Shown here piece by piece: positions 9,810-19,836 of a DNA stretch of 64,000 bases (within the stretch, counting starts at the first letter, position 1; every line of letters begins with the position of its first letter). The DNA lies in IMG/VR virus record IMGVR_UViG_3300047510_003392, positions 9,234 through 73,233 of that record; one strand, written 5' to 3'. Position numbers and translations under genes: made by a program. The stretch comes from a virus. Below the pieces are notes generated by a model. That model ran no database searches, was not told the origin of the DNA, and was given only the letters and a program-made list of their open reading frames with translations.

Positions 9810-10757
9810 TTATTTTATAAAAACTTCGTTAAACTTATTCATTACATTCCGAGGAGAGTATCTTTCTGAATATACATCATAATTTACCTTGGGGTCAATT
9901 ATATTTTTAATATTTTCGAATATATAATCTATTTGTTCTTTGTTAGAATAATATATTCCAGCATCTCTTAATATTTCTATATGCTGTCGTTCTCTGCTAT
10001 CAAAATATGTTATAACTGGTTTATTTGCACAAGAAAACTCTGCTATGGCAAGTCCAAAAGTTTCTCCTCTGTGTCTGGCGTGTATCATGGCATCACAAGT
10101 GTTAATAAACATTCCCTTGATTGACATATCATATGTAAATGGAAAATGAATTATATTAGGCAAATTTTTACAAAACGGTCTAGCACCAACAAACAGAAAG
10201 TATGTATTTTTATTTTTTCGTGCACATTCATACACAGATTCTTGTACAAATTTAATGTCAAAACTATCAGCGCCTCCATGATATCCAAATACAAACGAAT
10301 CGTTCGGAATACCAAGGGTTCCTCGTAAATTTCTGTTCTCCGGATTCTTTTCTACCATATACGGGACATAAGGCATATTTCCTCTGTAGCAAAAGTTGGA
10401 TAGCCATTCCGAAATATATGCGTACACTTCTCCGTGAGGTTCTTTCGCCGGAAAAACTGCGTGCACGGCGGTTTTGCATGATTTGCAAATTTTTTTGTCG
10501 TTTTCTCCAGATTTTGTTATGTAAAATAAATCTACTTTATTTTTTTCACATATCTTATCTACATTTGAAAAATCATCATACAGTTCAACTTTAAACCTAG
10601 TTTTAAATTTATTGTACGCAGAAAGCTTCGACGGTTCAGAGTGTGCGATTATGATCGATTGATTGCCCAATATTTCTTCGTTATATTTTGCATAATCGTA
10701 CATGGCAACTTCTGTACCTCTGTATCCCAATTGTTCGCTATGAAATGCTATTTTCAT
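9810..10757 (-). CDS. Glycosyltransferase GT-B (GT4-like), paralog of 10738..11700
   Basis: RGTEVAMYDYA, CDAMIHARHRGETFGLAIAEF. Confidence 0.8.
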   Translation of the reverse strand: MKIAFHSEQLGYRGTEVAMYDYAKYNEEILGNQSIIIAHSEPSKLSAYNKFKTRFKVELYDDFSNVDKICEKNKVDLFYITKSGENDKKICKSCKTAVHAVFPAKEPHGEVYAYISEWLSNFCYRGNMPYVPYMVEKNPENRNLRGTLGIPNDSFVFGYHGGADSFDIKFVQESVYECARKNKNTYFLFVGARPFCKNLPNIIHFPFTYDMSIKGMFINTCDAMIHARHRGETFGLAIAEFSCANKPVITYFDSRERQHIEILRDAGIYYSNKEQIDYIFENIKNIIDPKVNYDVYSERYSPRNVMNKFNEVFIK

Positions 10758-11700
10758 TATCTATGAATACTTGTTTAAACTGTTTCATTACATTTTTTGG
10801 GGAGAACTTGGTTGAATAACAATCCCAATTCACATCTTTCACATAATTTTTATCTATCTGCATTAAATATGCAATCAAATCGTTTCCATCTTTGTATAGC
10901 AGAGCTTTTTCTCCCAAGATATCTATATGTGCTCTCATATACCACCAATAAGGAGCATCGTAAGTAAAAATTGGCTTATTTCTTGAAGAAAATTCCGCAA
11001 CCGCTAGTCCGAATGTTTCTCCATCAGATCTTGCGTGCAACATCGCATCACAAGTGTTAATAAATTTTGTTTTATAAAAATTACTTGGATTATACGGTAA
11101 GAACTTTACACGCGGATGTTCTACAAACTTTTCCGTGTTCAAGAATATTGCCCACATATCTTTTCTATTTTGTAGTGCATACATCAACGCCTGCTTTGCA
11201 AATATTAAATCAAATTGCTTACTTCCACCCAATCTGCCGACAACAAACGCATCCATTGGAATTCCTAGTTCTTCGTGGAGCGTTTCATTGGTGTCGGGCA
11301 AATTTACCATATGAGGAACCCATTCTTTTCTATCAAACCTTTTTGCCAACCATTCACTAACTCCAGCATATACGTCGCCGTGAGGTTCCTCCATGCTAAA
11401 AATACAATGTATAGCATTTTTACAATTCGTTGGAAGCAATCCTTCGCTTCTTCCACCAGCTTTTGCAGTATAAAATAAGTCTATATTTTCTTTATCAATT
11501 ATATATGGAATTTCCGACTCACTTTCATATAGCTCACACTTGAATTCTGTATATTTTTCTATGGGAGATGTTGATTCCGGTCTAGAACTTATGATTACGG
11601 GCTCAATCCCAAGATGGTCTCTTATACCGGCGGAATAGTCATAGGCAACCGTGCCACAGCCTCTTTGGTCCAGTTGTTTTACGTGTACTGCTATTTTCAT
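10738..11700 (-). CDS. Glycosyltransferase GT-B (GT4-like)
   Basis: RGCGTVAYDY, CDAMLHARSDGETFGLAVAEF. Confidence 0.8.
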   Translation of the reverse strand: MKIAVHVKQLDQRGCGTVAYDYSAGIRDHLGIEPVIISSRPESTSPIEKYTEFKCELYESESEIPYIIDKENIDLFYTAKAGGRSEGLLPTNCKNAIHCIFSMEEPHGDVYAGVSEWLAKRFDRKEWVPHMVNLPDTNETLHEELGIPMDAFVVGRLGGSKQFDLIFAKQALMYALQNRKDMWAIFLNTEKFVEHPRVKFLPYNPSNFYKTKFINTCDAMLHARSDGETFGLAVAEFSSRNKPIFTYDAPYWWYMRAHIDILGEKALLYKDGNDLIAYLMQIDKNYVKDVNWDCYSTKFSPKNVMKQFKQVFIDNENSIS

Positions 11701-12434
11701 GGTACGATTCTCCGAAGCGTATGCATTTCTGGAGACAAATTCTTAAGGTTTTTCCAGTCATCCCATTTTGCACTTATGAATTTACCAGAAACTCCATCAC
11801 TTTTTTCAGAAATCAACCATTCTACTAGTTGCATTGCAGGTTCTGGGTCGTCTCCATTTTCACTTTGGCGCTTTGCCTTTTCATACTCTTGAATGCCGAT
11901 TATTTCTGGTCCCGCATTTATTGGCCCGTCCACAATTCCAGTTTTTATTGCACCAGGAGCTACAGCATTAATATCCAAGGTCGGCTCTTCCAAGGCCATC
12001 GTTTCTACCAACCTAACTACAGCAGTTTTTGCTACTGCGTATGCAGAAAAATATGCTCTGCCATTTCCGGCACCACCTCCAGCCATACATACTATCTTTT
12101 GCCGCTTGTCGGTGCGCATCAATGGATAAAATTCTCTCAAAACATTATATGTTCCGTCCAAGTTTATTCTTATTGTTTGTGACCAATTTTCCGGATTTGT
12201 CTTTGATACTTTACCCAGTTCACCCTGCGTCCCAGCACACGTAATGATTGCATCAAAATAAACATCGCAATCAAGAAAGTAGTTAGCCCATCCACGTACT
12301 TCTTCTATATTTGATACATCGCAAGGATATTTTGAAGAACGAGAAAGACCATAGACATTGTGTCCATTTTTCTCAAACCTATCAGATAGCATCTTTCCAA
12401 TACCAAAAGTATTACCTGTTATTAGAATGTTCAT
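11697..12434 (-). CDS. Short-chain dehydrogenase/reductase
   Basis: ITGNTFGIG, YAVAK, NAVAPG; start reassigned to MNILITG. Confidence 0.9.
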   Translation of the reverse strand: MNILITGNTFGIGKMLSDRFEKNGHNVYGLSRSSKYPCDVSNIEEVRGWANYFLDCDVYFDAIITCAGTQGELGKVSKTNPENWSQTIRINLDGTYNVLREFYPLMRTDKRQKIVCMAGGGAGNGRAYFSAYAVAKTAVVRLVETMALEEPTLDINAVAPGAIKTGIVDGPINAGPEIIGIQEYEKAKRQSENGDDPEPAMQLVEWLISEKSDGVSGKFISAKWDDWKNLKNLSPEMHTLRRIVP

Positions 12435-13155
12435 CGTTCGATTTCTTAATTGATGGAATGAGAGACAGGCCAAGATTGTATTTTTGGTCCAATTGAATCA
12501 GATTGTGTATTTCTCTTCCGAGTGTGTCATTGGTATATGGTCCACCAGCTTTTAGATAAGACAACTTACCTATACGTTTATCTGTTTGCAATCCTGCGGT
12601 TATATCTGACGAATTTGCTCCCACCGCCTTTGCAACTTTATCTATTTCATTTATAAATGCAATAGACATCGCCAAATATGAATTCAATGCGTGTTTTACC
12701 ATTTCAGCAGACTCCAAACTCATCCAAATTATATCGGAAGACAATGGACGAAACAATTCGGTAAGTACATCTTTTGAGAATCTATCGCATCCAACAACAA
12801 TTCGTTCTGGGTTCAGAAAATCATTTATTGCTCTACCTCGCCTTAGATTTTCTGGAGAACAGGCAATTCTGATATCTGTATATACGTTCTCCAGCATTCT
12901 GCACGTTCCAACTGGAACTTGGGTGGATATCAAAGCAATAGCATTATTTTTGGCAAATGGAAGTACTCTTCCCAACCATTCAAATATAATTTTTGAATCT
13001 GGCTTTCCGTCTTTATCAACCGGCGTGTCATAGCAAACCCAAATAACGTCACTATCTCCAACCTTAGAATCATCAACATTTACTTGATGAAATTGTTCCA
13101 TACAAGCGGCAGTTATATATGCCAAATGTCCGTGTCCTATTACTGATATTTTCAT
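12412..13155 (-). CDS. Shortened UDP-glucose/GDP-mannose dehydrogenase-like protein lacking the catalytic Cys
   Basis: IGHGHLA, DTP, STQVPVGT, SPENLRRG, SAEMVKHALN; the GGSC motif position reads YTNDT; no C-terminal domain. Confidence 0.75.
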   Translation of the reverse strand: MKISVIGHGHLAYITAACMEQFHQVNVDDSKVGDSDVIWVCYDTPVDKDGKPDSKIIFEWLGRVLPFAKNNAIALISTQVPVGTCRMLENVYTDIRIACSPENLRRGRAINDFLNPERIVVGCDRFSKDVLTELFRPLSSDIIWMSLESAEMVKHALNSYLAMSIAFINEIDKVAKAVGANSSDITAGLQTDKRIGKLSYLKAGGPYTNDTLGREIHNLIQLDQKYNLGLSLIPSIKKSNDEHSNNR

Positions 13156-13158
13156 AAT

Positions 13159-13842
13159 TTATCCTTGTCCCATGTTGGCTTGTTTAGACCAGTTTTGGTT
13201 ATAAAACAAGTTTTGCGCACGTTGCCTGTCTATTGTTTTATCATGAATGATAGCCCAATCTACTTCTTTTGGAAGCATGGTGACATATTCCGCACCCATC
13301 ACAGTTTCGTGTAGTGGCTTTTGCCATTGTATCTTTAGACTATTTTTGTATATACGAGATTGATAATCGCCGTGATTCCAATTTATTATTGGTTCATTGC
13401 CAAAATATTCCGGTAATGTACTAAGATGCCATCCCCACATCGCGGCATCTTGCTGAGTTGCTCCTCGTACAATATTTACTCTCGGGACTCTATATAATTC
13501 AACTTTTGGGTTTGATTTTATCAACTCTTGCATATTTTGCAACAGTTCGGGCCGCAGATACTCGTCTGCGTCAAGCTGAACAATATAATCTCCAACACAA
13601 CGCTTGCTACCATAATTTTTATGTTCTGCGAAGTTTTTATTTAGCGCGTGTTGAATTACACTAAATCCGTAGCTTTTTCCTTTTTCGAGTATCTTTTTGG
13701 TATCCTCGTTGTCGGAAAAATCATCGAGAATAACAACTTCGTCGCTAGAAGCATTTGACTCGATGTGAGTGTTGAGCCTCTCAACTAACCCAAGAAGCTC
13801 AACAGTCTCATTCTTACATGTAACCAAATAACTTATTTTCAC
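13159..13842 (-). CDS. Glycosyltransferase family 2
   Basis: ILDDFS, QLDADE, PRVN, DYQSRIY, LHE. Confidence 0.85.
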   Translation of the reverse strand: MKISYLVTCKNETVELLGLVERLNTHIESNASSDEVVILDDFSDNEDTKKILEKGKSYGFSVIQHALNKNFAEHKNYGSKRCVGDYIVQLDADEYLRPELLQNMQELIKSNPKVELYRVPRVNIVRGATQQDAAMWGWHLSTLPEYFGNEPIINWNHGDYQSRIYKNSLKIQWQKPLHETVMGAEYVTMLPKEVDWAIIHDKTIDRQRAQNLFYNQNWSKQANMGQG

Positions 13843-15137
13843 GATGTCGTCGGAGTTATTTTTTTGAATTTTGGAAGCGTAATTCCTACCTTCTTTTCGA
13901 AGACGGGAAGATGTTTGTCTAACACATCTACTAGTACTTTCCCAGCAGCTTCAAGACTAAACTTTTCTGCATTTTGAACACGCAGTTTTTCGGCGTTTGG
14001 AATATAGTTTATATAGTTTGTGTATATATCTTCCAACTTCTGTGCAGCAACGCTGTAGTTTGCATTAAACCACTGACCTTCTTTTACCAGCCATTCGTTG
14101 CACGCACTTGGAGGTACGTTTACCATTGTACCAGGTAACAAGTTTGCAAGATTCTCTGGAAGAAAATCTACGTGACCACTCCAATTAGTAGTAAGTAGCG
14201 GTTTTCCGCTTAGAGTTGCCTCTAGCAACGGTCTTCCAAATCCTTCACCGTGCGTAAGGCTTACGTGAGCTTTTACCTTTGGATGATTATATAAACGATT
14301 CAACTCTGTAGTAGTCAGTTCACCGTGTATTAGGTATATATTAGGAAGAGTTCCAGATATAGGCGCACGAATGTCGTTTATTTTTTTAAGTATTTCGGTT
14401 TTATCTATCTTCGAGAATGTTGCCCCGCTAGTCTTGAGAATCAACGCTGGTGCATTTTTCTTGTTCTTAAATACTTCACTAAATATCTTTACAAGCATTC
14501 CGACATCTTTTCTGTCTGCGCCAAGGTCGCCTTGAATCCAATGTCCTACGAACAGATAGCAGAATGTTTCTGGTATTGCATTTAGTGCAGAATCTATTTC
14601 TTCGGACGGTTCGTTCGTTTTCTTGTAAATACTTGTATCTACCCCCTCGAATACAACTTCAATCGGTTTATTAAGTTGAATTTTCTCTACTACCCCAGTT
14701 CTTTCGTCTCTGCGGTCATAAACAGTTTTTACAAATACTTCTTTGGCAAAATTAGAAGGAACGATATTCAAGTTCATTCTATTAAGACCTTCCAACCACT
14801 CTGGTTTTGGTACAGTACTTTCAATACCCGCCGTCACTCCGATATTATATTTTCCTCGTGGCTGGAATTCGTTTGGAATGGATACTTGCACAAACAATTC
14901 GGGTTGTGCAGTTAGTTGTGTGGTCAATATTCTATTCTTGATTTCTCTAACCATAGGACGGCTTTCGTCGTCCAACATGGTATTGGGGCATACTCCCCAT
15001 CGCATTGGTACGATCTTAACGTCGAACTTATCATACTTGATAATGTCAGCCGCTAATGCGAAGCAATGGTCGCCATATCCAGAGCGCGATGCTATTGGAC
15101 CTTGTATGACACATACTGGTTTAATTTCGTTACTCAT
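13839..15137 (-). CDS. Glycosyltransferase GT4-like
   Basis: SRSGYG, RKDVG, GEGFGRPLLEA, WSGHVDF. Confidence 0.85.
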   Translation of the reverse strand: MSNEIKPVCVIQGPIASRSGYGDHCFALAADIIKYDKFDVKIVPMRWGVCPNTMLDDESRPMVREIKNRILTTQLTAQPELFVQVSIPNEFQPRGKYNIGVTAGIESTVPKPEWLEGLNRMNLNIVPSNFAKEVFVKTVYDRRDERTGVVEKIQLNKPIEVVFEGVDTSIYKKTNEPSEEIDSALNAIPETFCYLFVGHWIQGDLGADRKDVGMLVKIFSEVFKNKKNAPALILKTSGATFSKIDKTEILKKINDIRAPISGTLPNIYLIHGELTTTELNRLYNHPKVKAHVSLTHGEGFGRPLLEATLSGKPLLTTNWSGHVDFLPENLANLLPGTMVNVPPSACNEWLVKEGQWFNANYSVAAQKLEDIYTNYINYIPNAEKLRVQNAEKFSLEAAGKVLVDVLDKHLPVFEKKVGITLPKFKKITPTTS

Positions 15138-15156
15138 TTATATAACCTTTTGTTTG

Positions 15157-15348
15157 TTATGGTGCTGTACCCGGCGTGTTTTGACCTTCTTGTTCTTGAA
15201 TAATAGCTTCCATCTCAGATTTAACATCGTTGATGCGATCTTTGAAGTCAGTCATAACAACTCGCTTTTCCATTTCGATTTCACGAAGTTGCTTGGCAAG
15301 TTCGTAGATTTTTGTCTTTGCTTCTTCTTTAGTCAATGCTTTAGCCAT
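15157..15348 (-). CDS. Hypothetical coiled-coil protein
   Basis: 63-aa ORF in operon with AAGGA RBS. Confidence 0.6.
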   Translation of the reverse strand: MAKALTKEEAKTKIYELAKQLREIEMEKRVVMTDFKDRINDVKSEMEAIIQEQEGQNTPGTAP

Positions 15349-15356
15349 AATGTTCC

Positions 15357-16835
15357 TTATTTGTTATATTTTTTTAGTACTTCATCCTTGTTGATCTTTG
15401 GAATTGGAAATCCAAGACTGTTATTTGGCATGTTGTGCCCAACATATTCGTCGTGACGATGAAGATTAAATCTTTCGCGACCTTTCCAGTTTGCCATCAT
15501 ATTTTCTAAGCCAGATGCCATTTTTTCACACATGCTTTCTGCACTTAGTCCACCAACTCCGCACATCCATTCTCTACCTTCCAGTGCATACTCACGGCGC
15601 TTTTCCTTGCTGGTCAAATACCAATACATAAATGCTTCAGCACAATCTTCCCACTTGGCATAATCGGCAAGAATATATGGAGTAGGAATACTACCTTGCA
15701 TCATTCTTGCACCCGGAAAGATTGGTGTAACCCATCTACCGTGTTTCTTATATCTACCATCGGCATTAGTTCCCCATCCATTTTCAAATTGGACAGGATT
15801 TCCGGCATCGTCTGTAAATCCGCACTGGTCCTGAAGTCCTCCCGTAACCGTAACGATGATTGGAGTACCCGCCATTACACTCTCCGCAGTAGCAATACCA
15901 AATCCCTCGTTGTCGGAAAGATTTACCGTCACATCTGCCATGTTGTAGAGTTGATTCATTCTTTCTGGTAGAACCTTTTCAACGCTGAATATCACATCAT
16001 AGTTCGGGCAAAATGCCTGCTTACACGCGGGCAAATCAGTGCCTGCTTCATCTACTGGGTGTGTATGTAGAAACAATACGCACTTTGCTGCTTCTTCTTT
16101 TGGTAGATTGTCGCAGAATGCTCTGTAGGCAAGCATTATTGTACTGGTTTGCTTACGACGAATATTTCTATTGTTATAGAATATTACAAACTTATAGTCC
16201 TTCTTGAAATACTGTCTGCGTATTAGTTGCAGTTCACTTAGTTCAGCATCTGTGGTCAACGGTCTAAACATCTTGCGATTGATGCCGTGCGGTACATACG
16301 ATACAGTTGTAGGATTATTTAGTGTAGTTCCAAGAATATTCTTTACGATATTTTCTGTCTGCTTGCTGATACAACCAATCCAATCGCACGATTCATAATA
16401 TGGACGATTATACATAGGATATGGAAGATCGTCCCAGATGCTATAGAACCCGATTGGAATCTTCTGACGCAATTCACGCTCGATTTGATATAACCAGATC
16501 CAAAAACGCGGATCAGTAAAATGAAGCAGCGCATCAGGCTTTTCCATCTTAATAACTTCGTTTAGAAGATTGGCGTCGCCATAACCATCAACCGGATATA
16601 GGCGAACGTATGCGTCGTCTATGCCAGCAACTTGGTTGGTGGCTTGGTCAAGATTCATTATCTTGCCTTTTTCAGGATGCGTAACGCTACCTGCCATTTG
16701 TACCCAGTTGTATTTGCCTGCCAAGCCTGTAACAAACTCTCTTGCCATTGTAGCAATACCAGAATGCATTCTCAGGTCATCGCAAAGCAGTATAATCTTC
16801 TTTCTGTCCTTCTGAGGAATATAACTATTTACCAT
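15357..16835 (-). CDS. Glycosyltransferase GT4-like
   Basis: DDLRMHSG, NRNIRRK, NEGFGIATAES, TGGLQDQ. Confidence 0.85.
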   Translation of the reverse strand: MVNSYIPQKDRKKIILLCDDLRMHSGIATMAREFVTGLAGKYNWVQMAGSVTHPEKGKIMNLDQATNQVAGIDDAYVRLYPVDGYGDANLLNEVIKMEKPDALLHFTDPRFWIWLYQIERELRQKIPIGFYSIWDDLPYPMYNRPYYESCDWIGCISKQTENIVKNILGTTLNNPTTVSYVPHGINRKMFRPLTTDAELSELQLIRRQYFKKDYKFVIFYNNRNIRRKQTSTIMLAYRAFCDNLPKEEAAKCVLFLHTHPVDEAGTDLPACKQAFCPNYDVIFSVEKVLPERMNQLYNMADVTVNLSDNEGFGIATAESVMAGTPIIVTVTGGLQDQCGFTDDAGNPVQFENGWGTNADGRYKKHGRWVTPIFPGARMMQGSIPTPYILADYAKWEDCAEAFMYWYLTSKEKRREYALEGREWMCGVGGLSAESMCEKMASGLENMMANWKGRERFNLHRHDEYVGHNMPNNSLGFPIPKINKDEVLKKYNK

Positions 16836-16847
16836 ATATAACCTTGT

Positions 16848-16875
16848 ATTATGTTTTAAATCTGCGTTATGTCAA
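16848..16875 (-). promoter_or_regulatory. sigma70-type promoter
   Basis: TTGACA-N16-CATAAT upstream of ATG 16835. Confidence 0.55.
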
Positions 16876-16880
16876 ATTAT

Positions 16881-17090
16881 TTAAAATGCAGAACCGCTGA
16901 TTTGTAAAGAATTTTCTTCGTTGAGCTTCTTTCTGAACTCTGGATCGTTGATATAAAGATATACACAGCGATTTACGAGTTTTTGCAGCGTCATTCCGCT
17001 TGATACACCTGCTTCCTTGAAAGCAGTATATTTGTCCTTGAACAGGTGTACAGAAGTGAATGATGTTTCGTGGCTAGTTTTTAGTTTCAT
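16881..17090 (-). CDS. Small hypothetical protein, possibly ribbon-helix-helix DNA-binding
   Basis: Beta strand (TSVHLF) followed by two helices (TLQKLVNRCVYLY). Confidence 0.5.
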   Translation of the reverse strand: MKLKTSHETSFTSVHLFKDKYTAFKEAGVSSGMTLQKLVNRCVYLYINDPEFRKKLNEENSLQISGSAF

Positions 17091-17155
17091 ATATATGATT
17101 GTTAGATTTCTCTATATACATATATATGAAACTAGGTTTTCCGTATATATAAAAA

Positions 17156-18271
17156 TTATGCATCTATGATTTTTGGTTCTTTTACATTGCCCCGTTTCCA
17201 TAGTAACCACTCACTTTCCCAAATATATTTAATGTTGTATCCCAGAAGCTTCAATTTATCAAAGCGTTCAAACGTTTTTTTATATGCTTCAGACGCGGTC
17301 TGACCACCACGGCAACGTATTTTTGTGTTACCGTCATATGTTTTTGGGTTGCCGTGCCAATAATCTCCCAGATATTCAAAAATAGTTTTTGTTCTTTTAT
17401 CAAGCCCATCAACTACATATTTCGTTGATGGTATTGAAAAATTTCTAAACTTTTTAGGTATTTTACAATAATCTAAAAACTCGGACTCTCCTCTCGATGT
17501 CATTCCGGCATCAAAACATTTTCTACAACCTCTCGGTCCATCTTTGCGCAAATGAGAATGCGGCGTCATAAAAAAAGGACCGTGTTTCTTGCATATAATT
17601 ACTACTTTGTCCGCACTAGTTTTATATTCAACCTTGGAATAGTCATATTTGTCCCCGTGAAGTTTAATTGCATTTTTTATAAATTCTTCCTTGGTTCCCT
17701 TCCTACATTCCAAACAATTAAATCCAGCCAAATGTGCCTTTGGTAGTTGCTCAACCACCCCATGTCGCTTACATATTATTTTTACTTTTTTTGAAGAGTG
17801 GATGTATTTTGCCAGTGAATAGTCGTATCTGTCACCGTGTATTTTTTTGGACTCTATAATAAACTCGTCGGTCGTATAACTCAACTTCTCATGTCCACAC
17901 TTTCTGCACCCAAACCCTCTGAGGTGGGTGACCGCTTTTTGTTCAAATTTCCCGTGAACTTTACATATTATTTTTATCTTACTTGCCGCAGATTTATATT
18001 TGACCAGCGAGTAATCATATTTTTCTCCGTGAATTAATTTTGCTTTATCCAAAAATTCATATAATGAAAACCGTAAATTGTCATGTTGACATTTTGAACA
18101 GCCTTTTCCTCTAGAATGATTGGTTGCCGACTGTTGGAACACGCCGTGGATTTTACATACAATTTTTACGCGATCAAATGCAGTTCTATATTGAACCAAA
18201 GAGTAATCATAAGTATCCCCGTGCACCCTGCGAGCATCCGTTATAAATTCTGCGGTTGTTTTCCGGCGCAT
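17156..18271 (-). CDS. Homing endonuclease with DUF723-like zinc-binding repeats and C-terminal Vsr/PD-(D/E)xK-like domain
   Basis: Four HGDKYDYS...C..HG...H..G.GC..C repeats; VDG...EYLGDYWHG...IWESEW. Confidence 0.8.
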   Translation of the reverse strand: MRRKTTAEFITDARRVHGDTYDYSLVQYRTAFDRVKIVCKIHGVFQQSATNHSRGKGCSKCQHDNLRFSLYEFLDKAKLIHGEKYDYSLVKYKSAASKIKIICKVHGKFEQKAVTHLRGFGCRKCGHEKLSYTTDEFIIESKKIHGDRYDYSLAKYIHSSKKVKIICKRHGVVEQLPKAHLAGFNCLECRKGTKEEFIKNAIKLHGDKYDYSKVEYKTSADKVVIICKKHGPFFMTPHSHLRKDGPRGCRKCFDAGMTSRGESEFLDYCKIPKKFRNFSIPSTKYVVDGLDKRTKTIFEYLGDYWHGNPKTYDGNTKIRCRGGQTASEAYKKTFERFDKLKLLGYNIKYIWESEWLLWKRGNVKEPKIIDA

Positions 18272-18279
18272 AAAAACTA

Positions 18280-19290
18280 TTAGCCTTCTTTTCCATTACA
18301 ATAAAGTTCTCCGGTATCGTTCTTGAGTGTCTTGAAGATACAATACTTGCAGTTTTTGCGGCCCTTGCCAGGATTCTTTAGAAACACAGCGTCTTTATTA
18401 TATTCGCCGTTGTCATCAAAACCATTTTTTATAAAGTCAAGAAAAGCAGATTCTACTTCTTTCATGTTCATCTTTCCATCTGGTGGCGATATACGTTGAA
18501 TACGCTGCTGCGGAAACTCAGCATCTTCAAGCAACTTACGCTTGACTACAAAGAACTCAACTTCTATATCAGACATAGGCACCTTGAATACCTGATGATA
18601 AAATCTCTTATATAGCAATAGTTGATCAATCTTTGTTCTATCTGCCTTTTGATATTTGTTCCAGCCAAGACGACTTGTCTTGAAATCTAAAATAAGTATC
18701 TTGTTGGTCGTTTTATCCTTGAACACGATATCCAGAAAGCCTTTGTATGTTATAGTATTGTTCTTTAGCGGTATTTCAAGCGGTAGTTCTATTCCCACTA
18801 CATCATACTTCTTTGACGGAAAATGCTTGCTGCGTATGGCATAACTGGTTACGTGGTCAAGAATAGTTCTGCCATCCGACTTGAACTCTGCTACTTGAGA
18901 TGGCGTAACCAATCCAAGTTCTTCTATATCTTCAGCAGACAATGTAGATACTTGCTCATCAGTTGCCAGTTTGAGTTGTTTTAGTTCTTCATCAAACGCT
19001 GATATGAACTTAGCATAACAATCAAACTCATCTGCTGCCGACGAGCCTACATTATATAACAATCTAAGATATTCTTGTAATGCTTCATGAATGCCAGTTC
19101 CAAACGCAGTATTGATATTGGCTTCATATGGTGCCAACTTGTCTATATACGACAACTTCCATTGCTGCGGGCACTTTAGCCACATAGCATATTGAGAAAA
19201 ACTTACGGTCTTGTTCTTCTTCTTTTCTTCAGTTGGAGTTACAGTAGGCACTTCTGCTACTGGTTCGGCGTAAAAATCATTTATAGACAT
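18280..19290 (-). CDS. Cas4/RecB-like PD-(D/E)XK exonuclease
   Basis: SFSQ...CP, FGTGIHE, GFLD, LDFKT, QLLLY, C-terminal CKYC...C; start reassigned to MSIND behind a TTGACA-N16-TATACT promoter. Confidence 0.85.
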   Translation of the reverse strand: MSINDFYAEPVAEVPTVTPTEEKKKNKTVSFSQYAMWLKCPQQWKLSYIDKLAPYEANINTAFGTGIHEALQEYLRLLYNVGSSAADEFDCYAKFISAFDEELKQLKLATDEQVSTLSAEDIEELGLVTPSQVAEFKSDGRTILDHVTSYAIRSKHFPSKKYDVVGIELPLEIPLKNNTITYKGFLDIVFKDKTTNKILILDFKTSRLGWNKYQKADRTKIDQLLLYKRFYHQVFKVPMSDIEVEFFVVKRKLLEDAEFPQQRIQRISPPDGKMNMKEVESAFLDFIKNGFDDNGEYNKDAVFLKNPGKGRKNCKYCIFKTLKNDTGELYCNGKEG

Positions 19291-19371
19291 AAAATCAGTA
19301 TATATCAAGTATTGTTGATGTCAATTGTAAAGAGTTTATATTTATTTACATAAACAAAAAATATATCATAT

Positions 19372-19836
19372 ATGGATAATAAAACATTCACACACATTCT
19401 ACAGAAAAAGGGAGTATTGCGTACTTTTTCGGTGGCAAAGGTTGTAAAGAAGAAAGACATAGATGAGTTAAAAACTTTGATCAAAAGTATTGCGTCGAAT
19501 GATGAAGAGTATAATCAGATGCTAAAAGAAGAAATGGCTAAACTATCTGATATGCATAGCGATAAAAATCCAATACCTGGCATCATATACAATAATGATG
19601 AGTTGTCAGCACGCAGAAACTTGATATATGCCATCGCAAACAAGTTCTCAAAAAATATCAAGAGCATGAACTTTGATAAGGGAGAACTTGCTTTCTTGAT
19701 TTCTTCCATCGTGGCTAAACTTGAGTTAGAGCACGAAGATTTTATCAAACTAAGTGAAGAACTTGATAATGAACTTGGCGAAGATGGCGACGAAGATGAT
19801 GAAGATCAAGAAGATGGCGATGAATACAAATACTAA
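19372..19836 (+). CDS. Hypothetical protein with acidic C-terminal tail
   Basis: 154-aa ORF; ATATTTAT motif upstream on the sense strand. Confidence 0.65.
   Translation: MDNKTFTHILQKKGVLRTFSVAKVVKKKDIDELKTLIKSIASNDEEYNQMLKEEMAKLSDMHSDKNPIPGIIYNNDELSARRNLIYAIANKFSKNIKSMNFDKGELAFLISSIVAKLELEHEDFIKLSEELDNELGEDGDEDDEDQEDGDEYKY

Noticed and set aside
14743-15456. 237-aa plus-strand ORF
   Set aside because: Antisense to three well-supported minus-strand genes; no recognisable domain
769-16835. Bacterial O-antigen locus or eukaryotic giant-virus origin
   Set aside because: No wzx/wzy/ABC export genes; interspersed homing endonucleases, gp62-like clamp loader, dNMP kinase, tmRNA, sigma70 promoters and a holin indicate a bacteriophage
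18280-19290. CRISPR-Cas system suggested by the Cas4-like nuclease
   Set aside because: No repeat-spacer array or other cas genes seen; solo Cas4-like nucleases are common in phage replication regions
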